Assembly (NCBI GenBank): GCA_040768685.1
Contig: JAXGMM010000001.1
Location: 1,322,691 to 1,386,690, forward strand
Origin: Anaerolineae bacterium
GTDB taxonomy: Bacteria; Chloroflexota; Anaerolineae; DRVO01
Reading direction: 5' to 3'
Length of the DNA: 64,000 bases
How positions within the stretch are numbered: position 1 is the stretch's first letter; the number at the start of each line of letters is the position of its first letter. Below are positions 56,199-64,000 of the stretch, piece by piece. The notes below the pieces were generated by a model. The model saw nothing but the letters and a program-made list of their open reading frames with translations, made no database searches and was not told where the DNA came from. The position numbers were made by a program, and so were the translations under genes.

Positions 56199-59033
56199 CT
56201 ACCTTGACGTGCGACCGTTGAGCCACATCACCACCTTCTCCGGAATGGAGTCGATGGTGCCGTCCAGGAAGGTGCAGTCGGGTAGTGACTGCAGGAAGTG
56301 AGTCCCATAGGCCTTGGTTCGGACTCGGCTGTCCAGTATCACGAACGCCCCATGGTCGGATTGCGTGCGGATGAGCCGACCGAAGCCCTGCCGGAAGGTG
56401 AGGATGGCCTCGGGCAGCAGGTACTGGCCGAAGCTGTCTGCGTATTGCTCCCCTCGCGCCGCCACAATGGGGTCGTCGGGCACCATGAACGGCAGCTTCG
56501 CCATGACCAGGCATTGCAGGGCGTCGCCCGGCACGTCGACCCCCTCCCAGAACGATCGCGTGCCCAGCAGCACCGCACGGTCGGAGGACTTGAAACCTTC
56601 CAGGAGTTGGTTGCGGCTCCCGCCCTCGGATTGCGAGTACAGCAGTATCCCTTCGTCCTCCAAGGCACTGGCGAGAGCCCGGGTGGTCTGGCGAAGTTGG
56701 CTGTAGGAGGTGAAGAGGGCCATCAGGCGGCCGCCCGTGGCGCGGGCCAGGCGAAGAACGTACTCCTCCACGGTGCGCTGATGACCGGGCTGGCGCGGCT
56801 CGGGGACGTCTCGCGCGACGCAGACGAGCGCCGCCCGGCGGAAGTCGAAGGGCGAGCCGACGCTGACGGTCCGTGCCGACACGAGGCCAAGCTGTTCCTG
56901 CAGGTACTCGAACGACCCGGCGGTCGTCAGGGTAGCCGAGGTCATTATCACGGCGCGTTTGGCCGCGAATAGGTTCTCTTCCAGGCTCTCCGCCACGCTG
57001 ATGGGAGCGCAGTGAATGCCCACCTCCTGGCTGTTCTCGCGAGAGGAAAGCCAGTACACTTGTCCGGGTGCAGGCTCCAGTATCGCCTGACTGAAGCCGC
57101 CGGCCAGCTCTCGAAGCACCATCCCACCAGCGCCGACGGCCTGGACGGACTCGGCGAGTTTCTCGTCGTTTGCGAGGACGACAGCGTTCTTGCGGACCTC
57201 TTCCAGCAGTCGAGCCGCACGGCCGGCCGTCTCGGCCGCCTGCTTCCATGCCTGCGCCAGCCCCAGCCACTCGGCCGTGGTGCGCTCCTGCTCGGTGATG
57301 CGTCGCTGCTGCACGAAGCTGGAGGCTGAGGCGCCCAGGAAGGCGGCTGCGCAGTGGTCGAGATGGCTGGTCACCGCGTCGAGCTCCGGTTCCAGCGCAC
57401 CCAGAGCCTCGGCCAGTCGGGTGCACGCCTGAACCCCTTCGCTCGAGCCTTGCTTTGAGCGGCCGAGCGCGGCCCGGACCCGCCCGACAGCGCCGCCGTC
57501 GCCGGTCCTATCTGGAGCGACAAGGGTCCGGATGATCTCGGTGATCTGCGCCACCGTGAGGTCCAGCCGGAGGGCGTTAGTACAGGCGCTCTGGAAGTGG
57601 TGGGCCTCGTCGACCACCAAATGCTCGAACTCGGGCAGGCTCTCGGCTCCCTGGCAGACGTCAATGGTCAGCAGCGAGTGGTTCACGATCACCACCTCGG
57701 ACTGCTGGGCCAACTGCCGCGCCCGCAGATAGTGGCAGCCCCCCCGCTGGCGGAACCGACAAGCCTCACCGTTGCACCAAGCCGTGTCCGAGGCGATCTG
57801 CGACCACACGGCGCGCTCGGGAGCGGTGTTGAGGAAGAGCTCGGATCGATCGCCGGTGGCAGTGGAGGGCGCCCAGATCAGCACCTTGGCCAGGGCGAGG
57901 GCCTGCTCAGGCGAGAGACTGGCCCGGTTTGTGAGGGCGCGGAGCCTAGCGGGGCAGAGGTAGTTGTTGCGCCCCTTTAGGATGGCCACGGACGGCCGGT
58001 ACCCCAGAGCCTGCGCCAGTTGGGGGATATCCTTGCTGAACAACTGCTCCTGCAGATTGATGGTGTGGGTGGATACCACCACGCGGTCGCTGTTGGAGTG
58101 GGCCCAGACCAGCGACGGCAACAGATAGGCCAGCGACTTCCCCACACCGGTGGCCGCCTCAACCAGGAGGTGCTCGCCATCGTTGAAGGCCTCGCACACC
58201 TCGCGCAGCATCGCCACCTGCTGCTCACGGTGCTCATAGGCGCTCATGGCGGCGGCGACCCTGCCTCCCGGCTCCATCTCGGCAGTAAGGCTCTCGGTGT
58301 CCAGCGGTATCGGGGGCCGTGCCGGCTCCCCCAAGGCACTACCGGCTGCCGGGGCCTCGGCGAGGAGCCCGCTAGAGCGAAGCTTTCCTTTAGCCGCGAG
58401 CTGCTGGGCGATGCTGTTGCTTGCCGGCCGGTGGTTCTGCTCTCGGAGCACATCCTCGAAGAAGGCGGCCTGCTCCCAAGCACTCTTCCGGCCCAGCGCG
58501 ACGATCTGATCCAACAACGTGACGGGAAGTGCCATAGCAGCTTCGCGTAACGCCTGAAAGAGCCGCATCGACGCTTCGGCATCGTCCAGAGCACGATGGG
58601 CGGACTCAGACGATAGGTCGAGTTCACCCACCAGGTGCTGCAAGCTGTGACGCGCCATGTGGGGGAGCAGAATCGTGGAGAGTTCGAAGGTGTCAAGGCG
58701 CCGGTTGCGCTGCAGGATCCCGAATCGGGCGAGGAAGGCGATGTCGAAGCCGATGTTGTGGCCCACGATGGGATCGCGACCGACGAAGTCGGCCAGGCGC
58801 CGCATTACCTCCGGAGCCGAAGGCGCTCCCAGCAAGTCATCGGACGAGATACCCGTCAGGTGCTGCACTTTGGCGGGAACCGAGCGAGCTGGGTTGACGA
58901 GAGAGGTGAAGGTTCGACCCCGACCGTGCTCGCTGAACCGGACCGCACCCACCTCGATGATGCTGTCGTACTGCGGGTCCAGCCCGGTTGTTTCCAGGTC
59001 GACGGCAACGTACTCGCGCGGCATCGGCTGCAT
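56199..59033 (-). CDS. dinG: DnaQ-like 3-prime-5-prime exonuclease fused to a DinG-family (XPD-like, Fe-S) ATP-dependent helicase
   Basis: N-terminal YVAVDLETTGLDPQYDSIIEVG exonuclease motif I and HRALDDA motif III. Helicase DEAH box (VVDEAHH). Four-Cys Fe-S region. C-terminal helicase motifs. Confidence 0.9.
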   Translation of the reverse strand: MQPMPREYVAVDLETTGLDPQYDSIIEVGAVRFSEHGRGRTFTSLVNPARSVPAKVQHLTGISSDDLLGAPSAPEVMRRLADFVGRDPIVGHNIGFDIAFLARFGILQRNRRLDTFELSTILLPHMARHSLQHLVGELDLSSESAHRALDDAEASMRLFQALREAAMALPVTLLDQIVALGRKSAWEQAAFFEDVLREQNHRPASNSIAQQLAAKGKLRSSGLLAEAPAAGSALGEPARPPIPLDTESLTAEMEPGGRVAAAMSAYEHREQQVAMLREVCEAFNDGEHLLVEAATGVGKSLAYLLPSLVWAHSNSDRVVVSTHTINLQEQLFSKDIPQLAQALGYRPSVAILKGRNNYLCPARLRALTNRASLSPEQALALAKVLIWAPSTATGDRSELFLNTAPERAVWSQIASDTAWCNGEACRFRQRGGCHYLRARQLAQQSEVVIVNHSLLTIDVCQGAESLPEFEHLVVDEAHHFQSACTNALRLDLTVAQITEIIRTLVAPDRTGDGGAVGRVRAALGRSKQGSSEGVQACTRLAEALGALEPELDAVTSHLDHCAAAFLGASASSFVQQRRITEQERTTAEWLGLAQAWKQAAETAGRAARLLEEVRKNAVVLANDEKLAESVQAVGAGGMVLRELAGGFSQAILEPAPGQVYWLSSRENSQEVGIHCAPISVAESLEENLFAAKRAVIMTSATLTTAGSFEYLQEQLGLVSARTVSVGSPFDFRRAALVCVARDVPEPRQPGHQRTVEEYVLRLARATGGRLMALFTSYSQLRQTTRALASALEDEGILLYSQSEGGSRNQLLEGFKSSDRAVLLGTRSFWEGVDVPGDALQCLVMAKLPFMVPDDPIVAARGEQYADSFGQYLLPEAILTFRQGFGRLIRTQSDHGAFVILDSRVRTKAYGTHFLQSLPDCTFLDGTIDSIPEKVVMWLNGRTSR

Positions 59034-59113
59034 CCCCTTTCTGGCGTCCTGATTCTATCATGGGGAGGTGGTCGCAGCCAGAGGCCGGCGACGCCCACCG
59101 CACTTGCGGCTGC

Positions 59114-59143
59114 TTGACCCTATGCAGTCGCTGCCGATACAAT
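59114..59143 (+). promoter_or_regulatory. Sigma-70-like promoter (-35 TTGACC, 18-bp spacer, -10 TACAAT) upstream of the sugar-phosphate isomerase gene
   Basis: Read from the sequence. aaggagg RBS at 59171-59177 precedes the ATG at 59185. Confidence 0.35.
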
Positions 59144-59184
59144 CGCCTCAAGCATTGCGGGGACGAACCCAAGGAGGCTATCGC

Positions 59185-60018
59185 ATGGCGTACACTCTCG
59201 CGGTCTCAACCTGGAGCTTCCACAAGCACATGGGGACACTGCGTGCCACCGAATTGGACGAGCGAGGCGAGCACCGCTTCGTCGCCCGGCATCCTTTCCC
59301 GGAGGATATCACCCTGCTGGACTTCCCTCGGTTTGCGCGCGACCGCTATGGTCTGAAGGCGGTAGAGCTGTGTCAGATGCACTTCCCCAGTAGCGACAAG
59401 CGCTACCTGGATGACCTGCGTGGCAGGGTGGCCGAGGCCGGCAGCGCAGTGGTCAACGTCCCCATCGACGTGGGGAACATATCAGAGGTCGACCCGAAGG
59501 TGCGCCGGCACGACCTGGACAACATCAAGAAGTGGATGGATGCGGCGGCCTACATCGGCTCGCCGTGCGCCCGGGTGAACAGCGGCCGCCAGCCGGAGGG
59601 GCAGGAAGACATCAACCTCACCATCGCCTCGTACTCGGAGCTGGCAGAGCACGCCGGCAAGCTGGGCATAACGCTACTGCTTGAGAACCACGGCGGCCTG
59701 TCAGCCGACCCGGCCAACATCATCAAGCTGGTCGAGGGCGTGGGCAGCGAGCGCTTCCGCCTCTGCCCCGACTTCGGCAACTTCGACGAGTCCATTCGCT
59801 ATCGTGCCCTTGAGATGATGTTCCCCTACGCGGTTATGACCCACGCAAAAACATTTGAGTTCGACGAGCAGGGCCGCGAGGTGCGCTACGACCTCGATCG
59901 CTGCATGAAGATGCTTGCCGCCTCCGGCTACACCGGCCCGCTCTCCATCGAGTTTGAGGGACCGGGCGACCAGTACGAGGGCGTCGAAAAGAGCGTGGCG
60001 TTGCTGAAGCAGTACTAG
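59185..60018 (+). CDS. Sugar phosphate isomerase/epimerase (xylose-isomerase-like TIM barrel) family protein. Start re-assigned to MAYTLAV.
   Basis: AP-endonuclease-2/xylose-isomerase-like TIM-barrel pattern (LLLENHGG, metal-binding E/D/H positions). Confidence 0.75.
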   Translation: MAYTLAVSTWSFHKHMGTLRATELDERGEHRFVARHPFPEDITLLDFPRFARDRYGLKAVELCQMHFPSSDKRYLDDLRGRVAEAGSAVVNVPIDVGNISEVDPKVRRHDLDNIKKWMDAAAYIGSPCARVNSGRQPEGQEDINLTIASYSELAEHAGKLGITLLLENHGGLSADPANIIKLVEGVGSERFRLCPDFGNFDESIRYRALEMMFPYAVMTHAKTFEFDEQGREVRYDLDRCMKMLAASGYTGPLSIEFEGPGDQYEGVEKSVALLKQY

Positions 60019-60079
60019 GACTGGACCTTCCCGGGCGTGAGCCCGGAGCGGTCTGAGCCCGCGCCAGGGCAGACGACCC

Positions 60080-62098
60080 TTAGGGCAGTGCCATCCGCCC
60101 GATCTCCATAAGCCCGTCCGGGCCGGCAACTGAAGTGCCGGCGGCGTCCGCGGGCGGCAAGGGGATCGGGCGGTCGGCTTGCAGGATGTACAGGCCGAGT
60201 CGAATGCCGTATTCCCCCACGGGAGCATCGACCGGAATGCCCAGCGCGATCCCGTTGAGGACGACCGGCGCCGGGTCGCTCACCGGGGTACCCACGAGCG
60301 CCGTGAGTTGGCCGTCCTGCTGGGCTTCTGTTTCGCCGCTCGGCCCCTGCAGGCGGAGGGTGTAGTGCAGCGACGACCCCGGCGGCAGCTGCATCTGGCG
60401 GACGTGCAGGTACACCGGCACGCGCCGGTTCCCCCCCAAGTCCACCACGCCCGCGGTCCGGGTGCAGCTTGCGGCAACGTCACCCCACGCGATTGGTGAG
60501 GCACAGGGCATCGCGTTCGTCCGGGGGGCGAAGGACTGCAACCGACCATAGCTCGGCCCTGGGATCAGGTCGTCACTCAGTGGTACTAGCGACTGCTCCA
60601 GCCACTGTCTAACCTTGCCACTGGGGTCGGTAACCGTGTCGTACAGCCGGATCACCCAGAGGCGCCCGTTTGCCCTGAGCGCGCGACTGATCCCCTCGAT
60701 CGTGGCGGTCAGGGTGGTGGCGTAGAAGTCGGAGCTCGGGTGGCCCCAGCCGAGGTCGGGCGCGGCGCCCAGGCTTCCTCCCTGAAGCACCACGGGACCT
60801 CGCTCAGCACGTGCGCCTCGGTATTCGCTGACGCGGCCGATCCAGTCGATCTCTCCCGGCCAGTAGTGCATGAATGCGGTGTACGTGTAGCCGGCATTGA
60901 TGAGGACGATATCCTCAGGCAACCACTCCTGCGCCAGGCGATCGACGGCGCCCCTCAGGTCGTCCGCTCGGTACTGCGGCTCTGTCCAGATCCGCTGGGC
61001 GGCGACCACGTTGCCGCCGACGAAGACGGCCAGCAGCGCGGCGGCCAGCACTCGCCCCCGGGCTCCGCTCGCCAGCCTCCCGAGGCTGATCGCCAAGGAC
61101 GCCAGGAAGAAGGCGGAGAAGGGGAAGAGATAACGCGGGTGAAAGAGCGGCTGGATCGCTGAGGCAGCCAGGAGGAGGGCCCAGGGTGCGATGAATGCCG
61201 GCGCCGGCCAGAAGCTGCGGCGGCGTCCCCGGCTGCATCGGGCAATGGAAAGGACAGCCGTGAGGACGAGGACGGCGCTCAGGGGCCACCAACTCGCCGG
61301 CGCGCTTTCCCCGAAGGCCAGGGCATTCGCTCCTTGGGCTAGCGCCGTGAGCCAGGGAGTGGTGGAGCGCCAGGGCGGCACCGGTGGATCGAGCGCCTGC
61401 CTGACCGCTGTGGGGAGCCAGGGCAAGTAGAGGAGGAGCAGGAGGGCGTGAGACCCGAGCCAAGCGAGAAGGCGATGACGCCGCATAGCAGTTTCGCGTA
61501 GCGCATACAGAAGCCACGCCAGGCTCAGCGCGGGCAGCAGGAAGAGGCTGTAGTACAGGGTGTAGAGCGCTGCCGCCGCCAGGATGGCCCAGACCGCTGC
61601 CCAGAGCGGGCGGCTGTCGCCGGACACGATCTGCATTGTCGCGGCTGCCAGCCCCAGGAGGAGAAGTGCGGCTACGGTGTACATGCGCACTTCCTGGGAA
61701 TACCACACCGAGTACGCGGACAAGGCGGTCAGCACACCGGCCAGGCTGCCAGCGGATGGCCCCGCGATACTGCGGGTGAGGCGATGCACGCCGGCCACGA
61801 GCAGGACGCCGGCCATCAGGGAGAGGAAGGCCAGAGCGAACTCACTGTCGCCTGCCAACTGGCTCCACAGTCGCAGCAGAAGGTAGTAGCCGGGCGGATG
61901 AATGTCGAGGGCCGTATGCGCGATGAGCGCTCGCGACTGCAGGGAGGCGAGGTGAGCGCTCACCGTCTCGTCGTACCAGAGGCTCTCGGCGCCGAGCCGG
62001 TACAGGCGGATGGCCATCGCCAGGGCACAGGCGCCAACTGCGCAGACCGTACGGCTGGACCAGGCGCCTAGGCTCCGACCGGCAACGAGTCTTGACAT
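60080..62098 (-). CDS. GT-C-fold glycosyltransferase of the PMT/ArnT-like type; paralog of the 31603..34350 gene with a shorter C-terminal beta-sandwich-like domain
   Basis: YDETVSAHLASL...DIHPPGYYLLLRLW motif closely parallels the other GT-C N-terminus. About 11 TM helices. C-terminal module with GEYGIRLGLY. Confidence 0.7.
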   Translation of the reverse strand: MSRLVAGRSLGAWSSRTVCAVGACALAMAIRLYRLGAESLWYDETVSAHLASLQSRALIAHTALDIHPPGYYLLLRLWSQLAGDSEFALAFLSLMAGVLLVAGVHRLTRSIAGPSAGSLAGVLTALSAYSVWYSQEVRMYTVAALLLLGLAAATMQIVSGDSRPLWAAVWAILAAAALYTLYYSLFLLPALSLAWLLYALRETAMRRHRLLAWLGSHALLLLLYLPWLPTAVRQALDPPVPPWRSTTPWLTALAQGANALAFGESAPASWWPLSAVLVLTAVLSIARCSRGRRRSFWPAPAFIAPWALLLAASAIQPLFHPRYLFPFSAFFLASLAISLGRLASGARGRVLAAALLAVFVGGNVVAAQRIWTEPQYRADDLRGAVDRLAQEWLPEDIVLINAGYTYTAFMHYWPGEIDWIGRVSEYRGARAERGPVVLQGGSLGAAPDLGWGHPSSDFYATTLTATIEGISRALRANGRLWVIRLYDTVTDPSGKVRQWLEQSLVPLSDDLIPGPSYGRLQSFAPRTNAMPCASPIAWGDVAASCTRTAGVVDLGGNRRVPVYLHVRQMQLPPGSSLHYTLRLQGPSGETEAQQDGQLTALVGTPVSDPAPVVLNGIALGIPVDAPVGEYGIRLGLYILQADRPIPLPPADAAGTSVAGPDGLMEIGRMALP

Positions 62099-62107
62099 AA
62101 GCGAAGC

Positions 62108-62782
62108 CTACTCGGCTACTGACGCGGTGACGACGGCCTGCTCGTCTCCCTCGGCTCGGGGCGCTGCCTGCCCGCGGCGGAGTTCCTGCGCCAGGGATTG
62201 CCCCTCCTCGGTGCTGCAGTCTCGCAGCGAGTGGCCGAAGCGTTGCCGGCAGAGCCGGTTCACGTACTGCGCGGAATCCGCTCTCGAGAGGCCGAGCGAG
62301 TCAGCCGCGGCGCCGATGAGGAAGTCGCGCTGCTGCTGCGACAAGCCGACCGCGGCCCCCGCGCCGGCCGTCTCAGCGGCGCCGCGCGAGACGTCGTCTG
62401 CCGAGTGGAGGCCGGAACCGGGGAGTAGACCGTAGCCCATTGCCGCCAGGGCGCGCCCGATGGCGGAAGTCTCGGCGATCTCCCACGGATGCTGAGTCTC
62501 GATGGACGAGCCGTCCGCCTTGCGAGAGGTGGCGATCCCGTGGCGGCGGCCATACAGCTCGCTGTCAACTATCACCATGAGGGTAAGGTGCTGGTCGGTG
62601 TCCGCCAGGACCACCGGGTCGTGGAAGATCAGCTTCCGCTCCTGGCGCTCATGGTCGACATTGGCCATGGCTAGGCGACCGTCCACCGGCATGTAGGGGA
62701 CCGCCCTCGTCTCCCAGCGGCCGCCCACCCGCAGCCGCCGCTCAATCAGCGTGATATAGTCGACGAACTCCTCGTGCTTCAC
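62108..62782 (-). CDS. Rad52/Rad22-family single-strand annealing protein (DdrA/Sak-like), tentative
   Basis: YMPVDGRLAMANVDHERQ and AETSAIGRALAAMGYGL resemble the conserved YIDAR-V-ERL and AETDA-KRA-FGIG motifs of bacterial Rad52-family proteins. Followed by a low-complexity C-terminal tail. Confidence 0.45.
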   Translation of the reverse strand: MKHEEFVDYITLIERRLRVGGRWETRAVPYMPVDGRLAMANVDHERQERKLIFHDPVVLADTDQHLTLMVIVDSELYGRRHGIATSRKADGSSIETQHPWEIAETSAIGRALAAMGYGLLPGSGLHSADDVSRGAAETAGAGAAVGLSQQQRDFLIGAAADSLGLSRADSAQYVNRLCRQRFGHSLRDCSTEEGQSLAQELRRGQAAPRAEGDEQAVVTASVAE

Positions 62783-62950
62783 GGCCCCCCGGTCCGGCGC
62801 TCGCCGGCACAGGCCACAAGCTCGTCCTTCGTCACGGCCGCCCTCCTAGAACATATGTGCTACGCCATTATAGGCAGTAGGCCATGCGGTCCGCAAGGGG
62901 TACGGGCAGGATCCGGCGGACCCAATCTGCCCGGGATGTTGGGCCGAGTC

Positions 62951-64000
62951 TCAGTCCATCGCCTGGATCAGGGCATCGAAGTAGACGCCGAGCACGCCGG
63001 GCTGGCCGGCCAACCGTGCCCGGATGGCGACCTCCTGGCCCTCGGGCACCTGGACCAAGGACCATCCGGGGAGCAACTCCTCAATGGACAGGGACTGAGC
63101 GACGACCTCGCCGAGAACGCTGGCCCGGGCCTGGGCCACGACATCCGGCTCTGCCCGGACCAGAAGGTATCCGGGCCGGAAGTGGGAGGGCTCGTCCGAG
63201 CCCTCTAGGTTGGGCTGGGCGGGCGCCTGTGGCGGCTCGACGGTCTGCAGGGACTGCGAGGTGGCCGACAGAACCCTTGGAGCGAGCTCCATGGCGGCAG
63301 CAGCGTCGAGGCGGCCCCACCCGTAGGCCTGGTCGTAACCGGGGTCGCCGAAGTCCTGGGCCGAGCCGCGAAGGATGGCGGCCACTTGAATGGCGGATAG
63401 CTGCGGGTAGCGGGACCAGAGCAGCGCTGCCACGCCGGATACGTGCGGCGTTGCCATGGACGTGCCGTTCATGGCCCGGTATCCGCTCCCGCCCACCTCG
63501 CTGACAAGGTAGGTGCTGTGGATGGACTCCCCTGGAGCAGTAACGTCGACGAAGGGACCTTGGTTCGAGAACCCGGCCACGGCGTCGGACATGTTCGTCG
63601 CCCCCACGCCAACGACGCCGGCGAAGCTCGCCGGATAGACCGGTTGGCCGAGGGTGAAGGGAGGGAGGTTACCTGCGGCTGCCACCACCAGCACGTTGCG
63701 GGCCTGGGCGTACCTGACTGCGTCCTCAAAGACGGCCAGCGAGTCTGTCTCCGGGGTCCCCAAACTGAGGTTGATGATCCTCCCACCGTGCTCCACCGCC
63801 CACTTGATCGCCAGGACAGCATCGGTGACATAGCCGTTGCCGTTTTTGTCTAGTACGCGCACCGGCATCACGCGAGCCGTCCAGGCGGTGCCGGAGACGC
63901 CGATCGCGTTGTTGCCCACCGCGGCCACAATTCCGGTCACGTGAGTCCCGTGCCCATTCTCATCCTGGGGGTTGGTGGACGGCAGTCCGCCCGGCAGGCG
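62951..64000 (-). CDS. S8-family (subtilisin-like) serine peptidase, 5-prime partial: the ORF continues past the right window edge
   Basis: GTSMATPHVSGVAALL Ser motif, NGHGTHV His motif (encoded across 63941..63990, upstream of the GTG the ORF track used as start). No stop before the window end. Confidence 0.85.
   Translation of the reverse strand, partial: RLPGGLPSTNPQDENGHGTHVTGIVAAVGNNAIGVSGTAWTARVMPVRVLDKNGNGYVTDAVLAIKWAVEHGGRIINLSLGTPETDSLAVFEDAVRYAQARNVLVVAAAGNLPPFTLGQPVYPASFAGVVGVGATNMSDAVAGFSNQGPFVDVTAPGESIHSTYLVSEVGGSGYRAMNGTSMATPHVSGVAALLWSRYPQLSAIQVAAILRGSAQDFGDPGYDQAYGWGRLDAAAAMELAPRVLSATSQSLQTVEPPQAPAQPNLEGSDEPSHFRPGYLLVRAEPDVVAQARASVLGEVVAQSLSIEELLPGWSLVQVPEGQEVAIRARLAGQPGVLGVYFDALIQAMD

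Noticed and set aside
62783-62950. 168-bp gap between the Rad52-like gene and the S8 peptidase, examined for a small RNA or repeat.
   Set aside because: No dyad symmetry or repeat beyond chance. It is probably just the promoter region of the Rad52-like gene plus the 3-prime UTR of the peptidase.
1-64000. Scan for CRISPR arrays, rRNA/tRNA genes, IS elements or transposases, toxin-antitoxin pairs and known defence-system signatures (Cas, restriction-modification, Abi, retron RT).
   Set aside because: No direct-repeat arrays, no rRNA-like or cloverleaf segments, no DDE/serine transposase or RT motifs were seen. The only recombinase-like gene (49688..50590) appears catalytically degenerate.

Overview
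High-GC (about 68-70%) bacterial chromosomal segment, densely packed with roughly 55 protein-coding genes. I found no rRNA, tRNA, CRISPR array or transposase. The gene content (ftsQ-ftsA-ftsZ followed by nrdR-nrdJ, a DnaQ-DinG fusion, a T-box leader on ileS, hypABF, and many GT-C/GT4 glycosyltransferases) suggests a Terrabacteria-type lineage such as Chloroflexota or Deinococcota; I cannot fix the taxon from sequence alone.

Main blocks, left to right:
- 1-6.2 kb: the tail of the division cluster (ftsQ, ftsA, ftsZ), then nrdR and a class II B12-dependent ribonucleotide reductase.
- 6.3-12.8 kb: a B12-binding radical SAM gene, then GT9, GT4, GT4 and a sugar epimerase.
- 12.9-17.9 kb: Nnr, an M20 amidohydrolase, a Gfo/Idh/MocA oxidoreductase, and YtxH-like and DUF948 small membrane proteins.
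- 18.0-21.0 kb: an iscR-iscS-(radical SAM)-iscU operon with a near-perfect 28-bp palindromic operator in front of iscR.
- 24.0-41.7 kb: a large envelope-glycan locus on two convergent operons. It contains Wzy_C/O-antigen-ligase-like proteins (one fused to a GH clan-A hydrolase domain), a UDP-glucuronate decarboxylase, a GtrA-like flippase, GT4s, two PMT/ArnT-like GT-C proteins and a DUF2079 protein. It also carries a UPF0104 flippase-like protein, a GtrB/ArnC-like GT2 polyprenyl-phosphate sugar synthase, a DegT aminotransferase and a hexapeptide N-acetyltransferase. I read this as a Gtr/Arn-like lipid-carrier-dependent glycosylation system whose target is unknown.
- 41.8-48.4 kb: an aminotransferase, then an Ile T-box riboswitch (specifier AUC, T-box sequence, terminator) in front of ileS, followed by lspA, rluD and DUF503.
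- 48.4-54.0 kb: a membrane-anchored LuxR-HTH/Kelch regulator; an integrase-fold protein that appears to lack catalytic residues, divergent from hypA-hypB-hypF.
- 54.0-64.0 kb: xseB, xseA, efp, a DnaQ-exonuclease/DinG helicase fusion, a sugar-phosphate isomerase, a third GT-C paralog, a Rad52/DdrA-like ssDNA-annealing protein, and an S8 peptidase that runs off the right edge.

Many long antisense and frame-shifted ORFs in the track are GC-driven shadow ORFs. I rejected them and re-assigned several gene starts.
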